From contig JBAZMP010000002.1 in the NCBI GenBank assembly GCA_041649715.1, positions 68,964 through 132,963 of the forward strand: a stretch of DNA of 64,000 bases. The letters run 5' to 3'. The notes beneath the pieces were generated by a model. The model ran no database searches. It was not told where the DNA came from and saw only the letters and a list, made by a program, of their open reading frames with translations. Positions 11,834 to 21,085 of this stretch are shown here, one piece after another. Within the stretch, counting starts at the first letter, position 1, and each line of letters starts with the position of its first letter. The stretch comes from Patescibacteria group bacterium (GTDB lineage: Bacteria > Patescibacteriota > Patescibacteriia > JAXHNJ01). A program made the position numbers and the translations under genes.

Positions 11834-12310
11834 TTATTCCACGACCACCAGGTATTGGTCGGTCCACCTGGCCGAGGAGTACATTCTTATTTGCAATTCT
11901 CCATGGTCGGTGTGGACACAGGTAATAAAAGAGCTTTCCACAAATGAAGATTTACTGAAAGAAACTATGTCTCTCTTTTTTTCTTCGGGAAAGGAGCGGA
12001 AGAAGGCTTCTGTTTCAGCCCGGTCAGGGAAACGTTCGCCAGGCAAGAGTCCTGCCGCGGCCTCGTGGTGATCGAATACTCTTTCTATACTCTTAAGACG
12101 CATTCTGACCACGGATCGCCCGCGACCAGTAATTTGAAATCGATCAAGCGCACCGGGGGTTAGATAGCAATAGAAATGGTGATCGTAATGTTCTTCTGTT
12201 CGGCTTTGGTCATAATCCACCGGCACGAGAAAGTCGGCACCGTCGCGGCTGGCGACGAAAGCAGGTGTTGTGGGCAAGATTTCCTCCTTAGTTAAAGAAC
12301 CATTACTCAT
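11834..12310 (-). CDS. hypothetical protein
   Basis: 158-aa ORF in a GC-rich segment, with its own terminator (11782-11811). No recognised domain. Confidence 0.5.
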   Translation of the reverse strand: MSNGSLTKEEILPTTPAFVASRDGADFLVPVDYDQSRTEEHYDHHFYCYLTPGALDRFQITGRGRSVVRMRLKSIERVFDHHEAAAGLLPGERFPDRAETEAFFRSFPEEKKRDIVSFSKSSFVESSFITCVHTDHGELQIRMYSSARWTDQYLVVVE

Positions 12311-12416
12311 GTTTTAAAGCGATGGCCGTATCTTAGTTCTCTTATAAATAACTGTCAAGAATAAAAAGCCCGCTTCAGGATTGAAGGGGGCTTTTAGGTA
12401 AAAAAGGAGCGAGGTG

Positions 12417-12647
12417 TCAATTTTCTACGCGGATCACAAGTCTGTTGTCGGCTATCCAGCTCCGAGCGTGGTTTCGCGGCCAAATAGCATTCATGTTTCT
12501 CGCGTTAGACCAACGTATTCTAGTTTCCTTGGTCTTTTTCAGAATCAAATGAATGTCTTTGTAATTGCCGCTCTTTTTGGTCGGCAGCAAGATGAATCTA
12601 TCACCCACGGCCAACTCCCTGAAAGTCAGATGGACTCTTTTGGCCAC
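12417..12647 (-). CDS. small Lys-rich hypothetical protein (gene D of a four-gene operon)
   Basis: 76 aa, MAKRVHLTFRELAVGDRFILLPTKKSGNYKDIHLILKK.... It starts 14 nt downstream of the upstream stop and is followed by a hairpin terminator at about 12370-12405. Confidence 0.5.
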   Translation of the reverse strand: MAKRVHLTFRELAVGDRFILLPTKKSGNYKDIHLILKKTKETRIRWSNARNMNAIWPRNHARSWIADNRLVIRVEN

Positions 12648-12660
12648 TATTTTACTCCTT

Positions 12661-13071
12661 TCAGAAAAAATTCAGCTGTCTTTTTTCCCCGTCGATTTCG
12701 GCGGAGAGGGGCTTTTGCTGGAGGGAATGCCAGAGCGCCTCGCAGGTCACGGTGAAGTATTCGGGATTGAGGGTTGATTGCAGTCGGGTCAGATCCAGGT
12801 GAAGACGATAGATCCGGGCCTGACTATAGCCCATCAGCGAGACGCCGAGGAACTGATGGATTGACGCTTTATAGGCGTTAAGCCGTGGATTTTTCGCCAG
12901 AAAAACCTGGACGAATCTTTCTTTTGTTTTCCGGGCGATGACGCGGCCGAAAAGGTCGCGGTTGAAGGCCGGCAGTTGATCCAGCCGGCAGGCCGGTTCG
13001 AGCTCGAACAGGAATTCGCAGGTAAGGGGCGAGGAGTTGGGCAAGGATTTAGCGGGCGTGGCGCTGGGCAT
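12661..13071 (-). CDS. hypothetical protein (gene C of the operon)
   Basis: The ORF is 12661..13128. The likely start is MPSATPAKS at 13071, with an AAAAGGAGA Shine-Dalgarno sequence 5 nt upstream. Confidence 0.5.
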   Translation of the reverse strand: MPSATPAKSLPNSSPLTCEFLFELEPACRLDQLPAFNRDLFGRVIARKTKERFVQVFLAKNPRLNAYKASIHQFLGVSLMGYSQARIYRLHLDLTRLQSTLNPEYFTVTCEALWHSLQQKPLSAEIDGEKRQLNFF

Positions 13072-13234
13072 TTTTTCTCCTTTTGGGTTGAGGGGCCGGG
13101 GTAATGGGGAGGGTATAAATTCCCACATGAATTTTTCTTTTCCAGGCCGGCCATTTTTCCATTCTTCGGTTGGTTTCTTCGATAAAGGCGCGAAGAGGCA
13201 TCTTCTTTTTTGTCCGCTTGACGGTTTCAGGCAT
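13049..13234 (-). CDS. small basic protein B, carrying a WPAWKRK motif
   Basis: MPETVKRTKKKMPLRAFIEETNRRMEKWPAWKRKIHVG.... Its ATG overlaps the stop codon of gene A, and an AAGGAGG sequence lies 9 nt upstream. Confidence 0.45.
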   Translation of the reverse strand: MPETVKRTKKKMPLRAFIEETNRRMEKWPAWKRKIHVGIYTLPITPAPQPKRRKNAQRHAR

Positions 13235-13394
13235 TCGGTTTTTCCTCCTTTTCCGGCAGAGGCAGACGATAGATGAAAAGCAGTTTTGACGCTCTTTTTT
13301 TCCAGGCCGGCCAGGCGTCATAGATTTTCTTGGCCTCTTCAGCGTTCTGCCAAAAGGCGGCGACCTCTCTTTCTTCTTTCTTTGTGAGTGGCAT
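13218..13394 (-). CDS. small protein A (MPLTKKEEREVAAFWQNAEEAKKIYDAWPAWKKRAS...), a paralogue of B
   Basis: 58-codon ORF that is not in the six-frame list. It was translated manually, has an AAGGAGG 5 nt upstream of the ATG, and shares an MPL...WPAWK(K/R) core with gene B. Confidence 0.4.
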
Positions 13395-13540
13395 CAACTC
13401 CTCCTTTCACCCCGGCGCGACTGGCACTTTTCTTTTTAAAGGGCGGCTTTATTTGAAAACAATAGGATATCTTAACAGGATAATAAGAAAGTGTCAAGCA
13501 TATGACAAAAAAACAGAAAGTTATTATATTCTGTTTTTTG

Positions 13541-13627
13541 TGGTGCCCAGGAGAGGAGTTGAACCTCCAAGCCCTTGCGGGCACAAGGTCCTAAACCTTG
13601 CGTGTCTGCCAATTTCACCACCTGGGC
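13541..13627 (-). tRNA. tRNA-Leu (anticodon TAG), CCA encoded
   Basis: The reverse complement reads GCCCAGGTGGTGAAATTGGCAGACACGCAAGGTTTAGGACCTTGTGCCCGCAAGGGCTTGGAGGTTCAACTCCTCTCCTGGGCACCA. It has a long variable arm and an anticodon loop TTTAGGA. Confidence 0.9.
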
Positions 13628-13767
13628 ATAAACATTAAAATCTAGCTTTATTTTAGCAAATTGTCAATATATTTGACAGCCAAGCCTGATTTGGTTAAGA
13701 TAAATAACTCTATAAATCGATAAACATTTGTTGTTTCAAGTTCTTTCCCAAAAGAAAGGGAGGAGTC

Positions 13768-14827
13768 ATGAATAAGAGAGAGAACGGTTTTTCCAAGAAA
13801 GGCGAATTGGCAATTATGACGGGAAATGCCAATCCCGACCTAGTCCAGAAAGTGGCCAAGATTTTGGGAGAAGATTTGTTTCTCCGGACTCAGATTGGCA
13901 GCTTCCGCGACAAAGAGTGTCGGATCATTTCCGTCGATGATGCCCGCGGCCGCGATGTTTATCTGATTCAGCCGACGGGACAGCCTGATCGTAATCTGGT
14001 TGAGATCGAACTTCTGGTCGGAGCAATTCGGCGCTCAGCGGAAAAGATCACCGTGGTGATTCCTTACTTCGGCTACAGCCGGCAGGAACGTCGAGGAGAA
14101 TCGCGTCAGCCGATTTCCATTAATAGCGTGATGCGTCGTTTGGTCGGGACGGGTATCGACGGTCTGGTTTTTTTCCACCTGCACAATCCGGTCTCAGCGG
14201 GCATCCCCGAGGCGATCGACCCGCATATGAAGGTGGATCATCTTAATGCCAGGACGATCATCCTCGATTATCTGATGAAGTCACGCAATCTGAAGAAGAC
14301 GACGATCGCTTCTGCGGATGTCGGTGGCACTGCTTTCGCTCGGTCTTGTTGGCAGCGTCTCCACGCCGCGGCGCCGAAAGTCGGTTTTGGCCTGGCCTAT
14401 AAGGTGGGTACCAGTTCGACTGGGATTGAAGAGGTTAAGCTCTTCGGCGATTATCGGGGCAGGGAAGTCGTATTTATCGATGACATGACGACCCAGCGGC
14501 GATACGATCATCAAGGCCAGCAAGGCGGCTAAAGATCGGGAGGCAAATACGATTGAAGGAGTTCTCGTCCATCCCGTTTTGGCCGATGAGCAGGTCTGCT
14601 ATGATCTCGCGGCCAGCCCAATTGATCGTTTCGTGATGACCGACAGTCTGGCCATTCCTCAGCGGTACCTGGATATTCTGGGCTACAAGCTGGAAGTGCT
14701 TTCCCTCGATAAGCTACTGGCGCTGGCCATCTGGCATTTGCATACCGATCAGAGCATGACTCAATTATTTGAACTGGAAGGGTATCTCGAGAGTTTCGCG
14801 GCCATGCAGAAGGAATTGGCAAAGTAG
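13768..14827 (+). CDS. prs: ribose-phosphate pyrophosphokinase (PRPP synthetase), interrupted by a +1 frameshift near 14495
   Basis: VIPYFGYSRQERR (the PRPP synthetase signature) and ...VVFIDDMTT are in the first frame. The C-terminal ...SGDTIIKASKAAKDREANTIEGVLVHPVLADEQ...FVMTDSLAIP continues in the next frame (ORF 14579..14827). The frame switch lies in gacgacccagcgg. Confidence 0.75.
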
Positions 14828-14848
14828 TAGTTAATCGATCTTTCACCG

Positions 14849-14880
14849 GGCGCCTGTGCTTTTAAGCAGGCGCCTTTTTA
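14849..14880 (+). terminator. rho-independent terminator after prs
   Basis: GGCGCCTGTGCTTTTAAGCAGGCGCC followed by TTTTT. Confidence 0.6.
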
Positions 14881-14910
14881 TATAAGTGCATAATTTGTGG
14901 AAACTGGGGC

Positions 14911-14939
14911 TTGACAAAAAAAGCGTAAAAATTTAAGAT
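14911..14939 (+). promoter_or_regulatory. putative promoter of the LTD surface-protein gene
   Basis: TTGACA, a 17-nt spacer, then TAAGAT. A stem-loop with a T-run follows in the leader (14963-15000). Confidence 0.35.
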
Positions 14940-15033
14940 ATATATGTAGACAGATTTTGGTGGCTCCGCTAAAGGGGTCACCAAAATTTTTTTATATAGA
15001 CATTTTTTCGGTGGTTTTTAAGGAAAACCGTAT

Positions 15034-17280
15034 ATGTCAAAGAAAACTATTTTCTTTAGTTTAGCTCTTTTTATTTCGTTAGTTCTCGCTCACCAAGTTA
15101 AAGCAGAGAACACCCCCGCAGTAGTTATAAATGAGCTAATGTGGATGGGCTCTAATTTGTCATCCTATGACGAATGGATCGAGCTGAAAAATACGACGGG
15201 AGCGGAAATAGATTTATCCGGCTGGTATTTAACCAAAGAATCTTCGGGTACGGAAATACAGATGTTAAAAATCCCGGCGGGAAAGAAAATATCCGCCTCC
15301 GGATTTTTTGTGATTTCCAATTATGACACTACTTCGGCAAACTGTGTCTTAAATTTTACGTCGGATTTGGTGGATTCGGATGTATCTTTGGCAAATTCCG
15401 CCTTACAAATAAAACTCTACGACTCGGCCGGTAATTTGATCGATATCGCTGATGATGGTTCGGGCAGTCCCTTAGCCGGAGAATATGCTTCCGGCATGAC
15501 TTGGAAATCCATGGAAAGGAACAACAGAATAACAGACGGCACGCTCGCCACGGCCTGGCATACCGCCGCCGGGCAGGGCAAATTAAAAGACGGCAGTTTG
15601 ATTTACGGCACGCCTGGCCAGGGAAATTCCAACCTGACGCCGATACCTTTGGCCGGCGGCGGACAGGAAGTGACGGAGGGAGACCAAGTCTTGTTTGACG
15701 CGTCTGATTCATACGATCCCGACGGCGATGAGCTGAGCTATGCTTGGGATTTTGGCGATGGAAACACCGGCGCCGGTCTTACCCCGGATCATATATATAC
15801 AATAATGGGCGAATATACCGTGACCTTGACGGTATCTGACGGCGTCAACCAGGCGACGGATTCGCTGCTGATTATTGTAAAAAAGAAGGAGGAAGTGATT
15901 ATTACCCCTGGACCAGAGCCTGGTAACGAAGAGGATAAAGGTGACAGCGCTGATGAAGACGAAGATGTCGAAGACCCGGGATCCGAGAGCCCAGATGAAG
16001 AAACGGCGAAGCCGGAAAGCGGCATAAAATATGATTTTTCCGACAAGATATTATTCTCAGAAATTTTTCCCAATCCAGACGGCGAGGATGCGGCTGGCGA
16101 ATTTATTGAATTTGTCAATACGGATAGCCGGCCGGTGAATTTGCGCGGCTGGAAAATATTAATCGGCGACAAGCCCTACCTTTTTGAAGCCGATACGGTG
16201 ATCCAGAAAGGGGGTTTCCTGGTGGTTAAACATGATCAGACAAAGATCTATCTCAAAAATTCCGGACAAACACTCTATTTATCTGATCCGAATAAGAAAA
16301 TAGTCAATGGCGTGACCTATGGTTTAGCCAAAGAGAATTTAAGTTTTAGCCGGAAGCCGGGGCAGGAGAGTTGGGGATGGACGGCTGCGGTGACGGAAGG
16401 TAAGGTGAATGTAATCCAAGATGTTCGTAACGAGGAAGCACGCGACAAGGAGATCGGAGACGAGAAGATCGGCAATAATATAAAAGAAGTAAGTCTTTCG
16501 CAGGCGAAAAATTTAGAAATAGGAGAGAAGGTTAGGATAATAGGCTGGGCCGCGGTGATGCCCGGGGTTTTTGGCGTCCAGTACTTCTATATTTTTGACG
16601 GTCAAACCGGTCTCATGGTTTATTCATCCAAAAAAAACTTTCCGGATTTAAAAATCGGCGATTATATTGAAGTAACCGGCAAACTGGCGGAAAGCGCGGG
16701 CGAAAAAAAGATTAACATCAGCGCCAAAGAGGATATAAAGATGTTGTCGGCCAAAGAATTTCCGGCCGCGCTGAATATTTCGTTTGATGAGATTGACGAA
16801 AACTTGGCTGGCAGCTTGGTTGTCGTTTCCGGCGAAGTATTGAGCGCTTCCGGTAGTACGATTGTTTTGAGCAATGACAGCGGCGAAATGGAAGTATATT
16901 TAAAAAGAGGCACGGGGCTTAAAGCCAAGAATTATAAGGAAGGAGAAAATCTAACAGTCCTTGGTATTTTAGCGCCGTATGAAGAAACTTACCGGCTTTT
17001 GCCACGGGTGGCCGGTGATTTGAAAAAAGAAGAAATAAAAGTGGCAGAGAGCGCAAAGAGCGCCGAGAATAAAAAGGATCAAAAGGTTTTGGAAAATGAC
17101 ACGACCGCCGGGCAAGAAGGCGCAGTGCTGGGAGCCAGCGATAAGGCCATTGATTTAACCGCGGAAAAACCGGATTCGCTTTTAAAATATATTATAGTTT
17201 TGGGAGTAAGCATGTTATTAGTCTCTTCAGCCTTAATTTATCGGCGGTTTAGAAATAAAAAAGAGATAATTCAGACATAA
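15034..17280 (+). CDS. large cell-surface protein: signal peptide, two lamin-tail (LTD) domains, a PKD domain, an acidic linker, an OB-fold-like domain and a C-terminal TM anchor
   Basis: LTD motifs VVINELMWMG...DEWIELKN...DLSGWYL and ILFSEIFPNPDG...EFIEFVN...LRGWKI. PKD motif DPDGDELSYAWDFGDG. An OB-like segment RIIGWAAVMP...IFDGQTGLMVYS...IEVTGKL. C-terminal TM helix YIIVLGVSMLLVSSALIY. Confidence 0.8.
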   Translation: MSKKTIFFSLALFISLVLAHQVKAENTPAVVINELMWMGSNLSSYDEWIELKNTTGAEIDLSGWYLTKESSGTEIQMLKIPAGKKISASGFFVISNYDTTSANCVLNFTSDLVDSDVSLANSALQIKLYDSAGNLIDIADDGSGSPLAGEYASGMTWKSMERNNRITDGTLATAWHTAAGQGKLKDGSLIYGTPGQGNSNLTPIPLAGGGQEVTEGDQVLFDASDSYDPDGDELSYAWDFGDGNTGAGLTPDHIYTIMGEYTVTLTVSDGVNQATDSLLIIVKKKEEVIITPGPEPGNEEDKGDSADEDEDVEDPGSESPDEETAKPESGIKYDFSDKILFSEIFPNPDGEDAAGEFIEFVNTDSRPVNLRGWKILIGDKPYLFEADTVIQKGGFLVVKHDQTKIYLKNSGQTLYLSDPNKKIVNGVTYGLAKENLSFSRKPGQESWGWTAAVTEGKVNVIQDVRNEEARDKEIGDEKIGNNIKEVSLSQAKNLEIGEKVRIIGWAAVMPGVFGVQYFYIFDGQTGLMVYSSKKNFPDLKIGDYIEVTGKLAESAGEKKINISAKEDIKMLSAKEFPAALNISFDEIDENLAGSLVVVSGEVLSASGSTIVLSNDSGEMEVYLKRGTGLKAKNYKEGENLTVLGILAPYEETYRLLPRVAGDLKKEEIKVAESAKSAENKKDQKVLENDTTAGQEGAVLGASDKAIDLTAEKPDSLLKYIIVLGVSMLLVSSALIYRRFRNKKEIIQT

Positions 17281-17287
17281 AAAAGAT

Positions 17288-17309
17288 CCCCGCAAGTAGG
17301 CTTGCGGGG
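17288..17309. terminator. bidirectional hairpin terminator between convergent genes
   Basis: CCCCGCAAGTAGGCTTGCGGGG, flanked by an A-run on one side and a T-run on the other. Confidence 0.55.
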
Positions 17310-17321
17310 AGTCGAGCACTT

Positions 17322-17549
17322 TTATCGAGTCAAAATTTCCAGCCAGGATTGGTCACGACGATAATAGTGAAGACCAGTAGTCCCATAAGCAGGGAGGTGA
17401 CCAGGAATCCTGGGTACGAGTCCATGTCGAGCGGCTTGCTCAAAAACCTGTTCCACTTTTTCTCTAAATTCTTCAGGTATCGCATGGGAATCTCCTTTCC
17501 TCCTTTTGGATCTCGGTAGGAGCGTAACCAAGTCAGAGCGGTTCGCCAT
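17322..17549 (-). CDS. small hypothetical protein, translationally coupled to the upstream gene
   Basis: The likely start is MANRSDLVTLLPRSKRRKG... at 17549, overlapping the stop of the upstream gene at 17533. The longer six-frame ORF 17322..17705 has no Shine-Dalgarno sequence. Confidence 0.4.
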   Translation of the reverse strand: MANRSDLVTLLPRSKRRKGDSHAIPEEFREKVEQVFEQAARHGLVPRIPGHLPAYGTTGLHYYRRDQSWLEILTR

Positions 17550-18009
17550 TGGCGAAACGTTTTGCCTCTTCAACCATGTAGTTGAAGTACACATGGTCTG
17601 GCAGACAATGAACTCTAAGAATAAGCTCGGGATCTCCCGGCTGAAGCGCCTGACACTTGTTCGCCTCCACGATATTCGATACGGCATACCCGTCAGGTAT
17701 TTCACTCTTTATACAATCAGCCAGAGAGAGGCCATCTCTAAAACACACTTCTCTCACTTCTTGGACATAGACACCTATGCCTATCAGGATAAACACGCTA
17801 TCTAGTCCCTTTTTCCGGAGTACTGAAGCCCGAGCAATAAGGCTTGGCCAAAGCACATTTTTGCGATTGTACTTGCCTCGTATTATTTTGATCTCGTCAT
17901 CAACAAAATCCCAGCGCCTACAAACTGCCCATAACCAAGGAAAGTCACGGTTGACAAGCCGGAGATTTTGAATAAACCGACGACCAGAATTATTCTTCTG
18001 ATCTGACAT
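17533..18009 (-). CDS. hypothetical protein (about 158 aa)
   Basis: The ORF is 17533..18066. Its start is MSDQKNNSGRR... at 18009, with an AAGGAGG 5 nt upstream. No recognised domain. Confidence 0.5.
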   Translation of the reverse strand: MSDQKNNSGRRFIQNLRLVNRDFPWLWAVCRRWDFVDDEIKIIRGKYNRKNVLWPSLIARASVLRKKGLDSVFILIGIGVYVQEVREVCFRDGLSLADCIKSEIPDGYAVSNIVEANKCQALQPGDPELILRVHCLPDHVYFNYMVEEAKRFANGEPL

Positions 18010-18216
18010 CTCGCACCTCCTTGGGACATCCGTCCCTTTGAGTCCATCCGGACAACCAAGAAACAAGCAATCTATCTATTAAAGGGTGTTATTCCCGAAT
18101 TTTTTTGCCGATAAAAAGTGCATTTAACTCCGTACAGTATCATGTTTATTGTATTTTGTCAATAGTTGTAAAAAAAACGGCTATCGAAGGTTCAAACTTC
18201 TTTAGCCGTATGACGT

Positions 18217-19293
18217 TTACGATGAAAGATCAAGTTCTGCGGCTGAACGCAGAAAAAGCGTGGCGCTCCAGAGTTGCTCGGATGCGCCGTATCCCTGGCC
18301 CGTAGCGGGATCATACCATTCGCGAAATCCCTCAAGGCCGAGGAGTTTTTTGAATTGGCTTTCCGCCAGGTCGCGTTCGCCCATTTTGATGAGCGCCAGG
18401 ATAGAAAAGCCGACAACGAACGGCCAAATGACCACGCCGTCGGTTCGTTCAATGACCCTTTCCTCTTCCGGCGAGATCGGATTGTGTCGGCACTTTATGG
18501 TAATGCCGTGCGGGGTATCTACCGACCGGAAACTGGCCGCCAGACTGGGATAGTGTTCCCGGGGCGCCACATCATAGAGAATGGCGAAAGCGCCGCCCAG
18601 CGGATCAAATCGCAGGTTACCCGGATAGTCCAGGTAAAAACCGTCCTGCCAAAATTGTCGGCTGATCTTTCGGCGAAGTTGAGCGGCTTTCTTTGTTTCT
18701 CCCATGAGTCGATAGGCGTGGTACATAAGCGAATTGTTGGTGAGAAGCGGTTTTTCGCCCAGCTCGCGTTCCATGGTGTCGCGCCAGTCGCAGCCGATAA
18801 CAAGATTGTTTTTCATCAGATTTCTCTCAATGTAATTGAGAGCGTTTTGTATCTGCGAAGCATATCTTATTAGCAGATTTTTATCTCTCGTGCGTTCCGC
18901 GTATTCATGCATTCCGATAAGGTAGAGAATTTCCGAGTCGCGCGTTCCCGGCGTGAGATTCCATAATTTTCCTGCCAGGAAGCGTCGGAGCATGAACGAA
19001 CATTTCCGGTCTTTCCAGCTTTTACTTATTTTGTCGAGGAGAAAGGGATACAGCCGGTCGAGGAAAAGAATCGGGATTTGACCGTTTGGCCGCTGACGCT
19101 TGGATAGGTTCTCGAGATGAATTTTTACGATTTGTGTTTCGCCCAAGGCAAGCAAGGCCGGCATAATCGCCAGAGCAAAATCCCGCGTCCAGCACTGATA
19201 ACGATACCGACTGGGATCGGCCCAAACGCCCTTTGTGCCGATACATCTTCGGAGAATCTTGTCGGCGTTTCTCTTTTTTTCTTCCGATGACAT
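18217..19293 (-). CDS. six-hairpin (alpha/alpha)6 glycosidase-like protein (GH63, GH100 or GDE_C-like)
   Basis: 358 aa with CWTRDFALAI near the N-terminus and EWYDPATGQGYGASEQLWSA near the C-terminus. This is the E..D..TG...G..Q.WS signature common to (alpha/alpha)6 barrel glycosidases. Confidence 0.5.
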   Translation of the reverse strand: MSSEEKKRNADKILRRCIGTKGVWADPSRYRYQCWTRDFALAIMPALLALGETQIVKIHLENLSKRQRPNGQIPILFLDRLYPFLLDKISKSWKDRKCSFMLRRFLAGKLWNLTPGTRDSEILYLIGMHEYAERTRDKNLLIRYASQIQNALNYIERNLMKNNLVIGCDWRDTMERELGEKPLLTNNSLMYHAYRLMGETKKAAQLRRKISRQFWQDGFYLDYPGNLRFDPLGGAFAILYDVAPREHYPSLAASFRSVDTPHGITIKCRHNPISPEEERVIERTDGVVIWPFVVGFSILALIKMGERDLAESQFKKLLGLEGFREWYDPATGQGYGASEQLWSATLFLRSAAELDLSS

Positions 19294-19428
19294 TACATTA
19301 CCTCCCGTTAGTTATTTGCGTTGATGACAAAGAACCGGATAAAAAATCATATATTAAAAACGTCGAAATGTCAAGGGTTATTATGGGGAAATAAAAAAGC
19401 CAGCTTGTTTAAGGCTGGCTTCGCAGGG

Positions 19429-19719
19429 TCAGGGTTTGTCGGCCGGTGTTTGGGGCGGCGTATTTTTTTTGAAAAAAATCCGGTCGCCGGGCTGAACCCG
19501 TGCGTGGTTGAGGGTATCCGCCTTGACCTGGAAAGGCGTGAAATGGCTGGTGATTTTTTCCACTTGTTCGTCTCTGATCTTAAGACCCGTAATGGCGTGG
19601 AAATCGTCATCCAGATTGACGGCGATAGAATCGCCGATGGCCACGAACCAAAAAGGTACCGTGATCCTGATCCAGCCGTCAGCAATTTCTTCGACGGTGC
19701 CCAAGAGATGAGCGTCCAT
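19429..19719 (-). CDS. hypothetical small protein
   Basis: 96-aa ORF with its own terminator (19393-19421). Confidence 0.5.
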   Translation of the reverse strand: MDAHLLGTVEEIADGWIRITVPFWFVAIGDSIAVNLDDDFHAITGLKIRDEQVEKITSHFTPFQVKADTLNHARVQPGDRIFFKKNTPPQTPADKP

Positions 19720-19867
19720 CCTTCCCCCTTGAATTCGGGTTGAAAAGAGCGTTTAAATCTATTATTCTGCCTTTATCTTAGGGAGCTTGTTTAAAATTGT
19801 CAATGCTTCGCAATAATAAAAAAAACCGGTCTCCCGCAGGGAGACCGGTCGAATTTCTTTTGGGGAA

Positions 19868-20248
19868 CTAGCCGCCATTGACGGCGAGAGCGAGAGGAGC
19901 GGGGCAGCCTATCCAAACCTCCGTGCCGGGGAGGATCCGCTGGAAAAAGGGCGGGAGAATGATATTGACCAAGGCATTGGCCTTTGCCTCGGTCACTGGC
20001 TGGCCATTGCGGTCGAACATTTCTGCGACGCGGAAAACATGGGCGGGGTCGCCCAGGTCGATATATTCGCCCACGGCCAGAGGCTCTTTCAGGACCACGG
20101 AAACGACAGAGTCTTCATCGTTCTCTCTTATCGCGACGATGGTGCCGATCCTGTCCAACGGATTCCTCCTTTTGGGTTGTGGCGTGGTAAGAATATCGCC
20201 TACGACGATGCCTATTACGAAGATAATCAGCCAGTAGTAAAACGGCAT
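19868..20248 (-). CDS. hypothetical protein with an N-terminal TM anchor
   Basis: 126 aa beginning MPFYYWLIIFVIGIVVGDILT..., with its own terminator at 19814-19850. Confidence 0.5.
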   Translation of the reverse strand: MPFYYWLIIFVIGIVVGDILTTPQPKRRNPLDRIGTIVAIRENDEDSVVSVVLKEPLAVGEYIDLGDPAHVFRVAEMFDRNGQPVTEAKANALVNIILPPFFQRILPGTEVWIGCPAPLALAVNGG

Positions 20249-20466
20249 ACTTTGCCTCCCTTATAGAGATTTTCCCAAAAAAATTAAGAACAACTAAACA
20301 TGATAGCTTAGATTTCAGAATCTGTCAACCTTTCCTCGCTGTATCGATATTTGGAATAATAAAAAACCCATGAAATGATCTTCACGGGCGAGACTGACGC
20401 AAGGCCAATCTACTTGGGGGTGCTATCGTATTTTAGCCTCTAGCATGTTGTGGGTGCTAGCGTGTC

Positions 20467-20928
20467 TCACCACGAATGGTACAAGCGGATGATCCTCTTC
20501 AGGTTTTCCATGTTCTTCTCGAGCAAGAGCAAACTCTTGTAGGGTCGGCACTCTTGGCAGACTCTGCAGTGATCAAGTAACAAATTCTCTACTTCAATTT
20601 CATTGATAGACTTTCCCTTTTTTGAAGGTACGAGAGTGAAGAAAAGTCGGCAGAACCAAGAGCACTCGCTTAGTCTATCAAGAAGCTCGATCGCAAAGGG
20701 GTGATACGCGGCTAAATCTCGGCATTGAGGGCATTCTTTCTGGTGGTGGCGCCACCATTTTTCCTCTTCGGGGCTATCGGTCTCGGCATACTGATCTAAC
20801 AGTCCCAGGGCCATGTAATTTCCCTCCCCGAAGTGTTCCAGTACGGTCGGACAGTTGTAAACGGATTGAGCTTCTCGGCGCTTAGCCAATCGCTCCAGCC
20901 GTTCTTTTAGGGCAGCTTGATAATGCAT
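20467..20928 (-). CDS. Cys-rich hypothetical protein with CPQC and CRVCQEC zinc-binding-like motifs
   Basis: The ORF is 20467..21006. Its start is MHYQAALKER at 20928, with an AAGGAGG 6 nt upstream. A terminator lies at about 20350-20395. Confidence 0.5.
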   Translation of the reverse strand: MHYQAALKERLERLAKRREAQSVYNCPTVLEHFGEGNYMALGLLDQYAETDSPEEEKWWRHHQKECPQCRDLAAYHPFAIELLDRLSECSWFCRLFFTLVPSKKGKSINEIEVENLLLDHCRVCQECRPYKSLLLLEKNMENLKRIIRLYHSW

Positions 20929-21085
20929 GGTTAACCTCCTTTGGTTAGTTGCCCTAGTTGAGACACAATTTAGAAAGGAACGTGAATTAATAGAGTAGCT
21001 TAGCACGGATTTTCTTTCCTGTCAAGAGGTAATAAAAAAAACCGGTGAGCGAAACCCACCGGTTGAATCTGTAAGATGTGACGAA

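Noticed and set aside
13330-13638. The 102-aa plus-strand ORF, and the minus-strand ORF 13339..13584, spanning the tRNA-Leu region.
   Set aside because: They overlap the tRNA gene and the small A/B genes, and have no ribosome-binding site.
18274-18873. The 199-aa plus-strand ORF.
   Set aside because: It is antisense to the glycosidase-like gene 18217..19293, which carries recognisable (alpha/alpha)6 glycosidase motifs.
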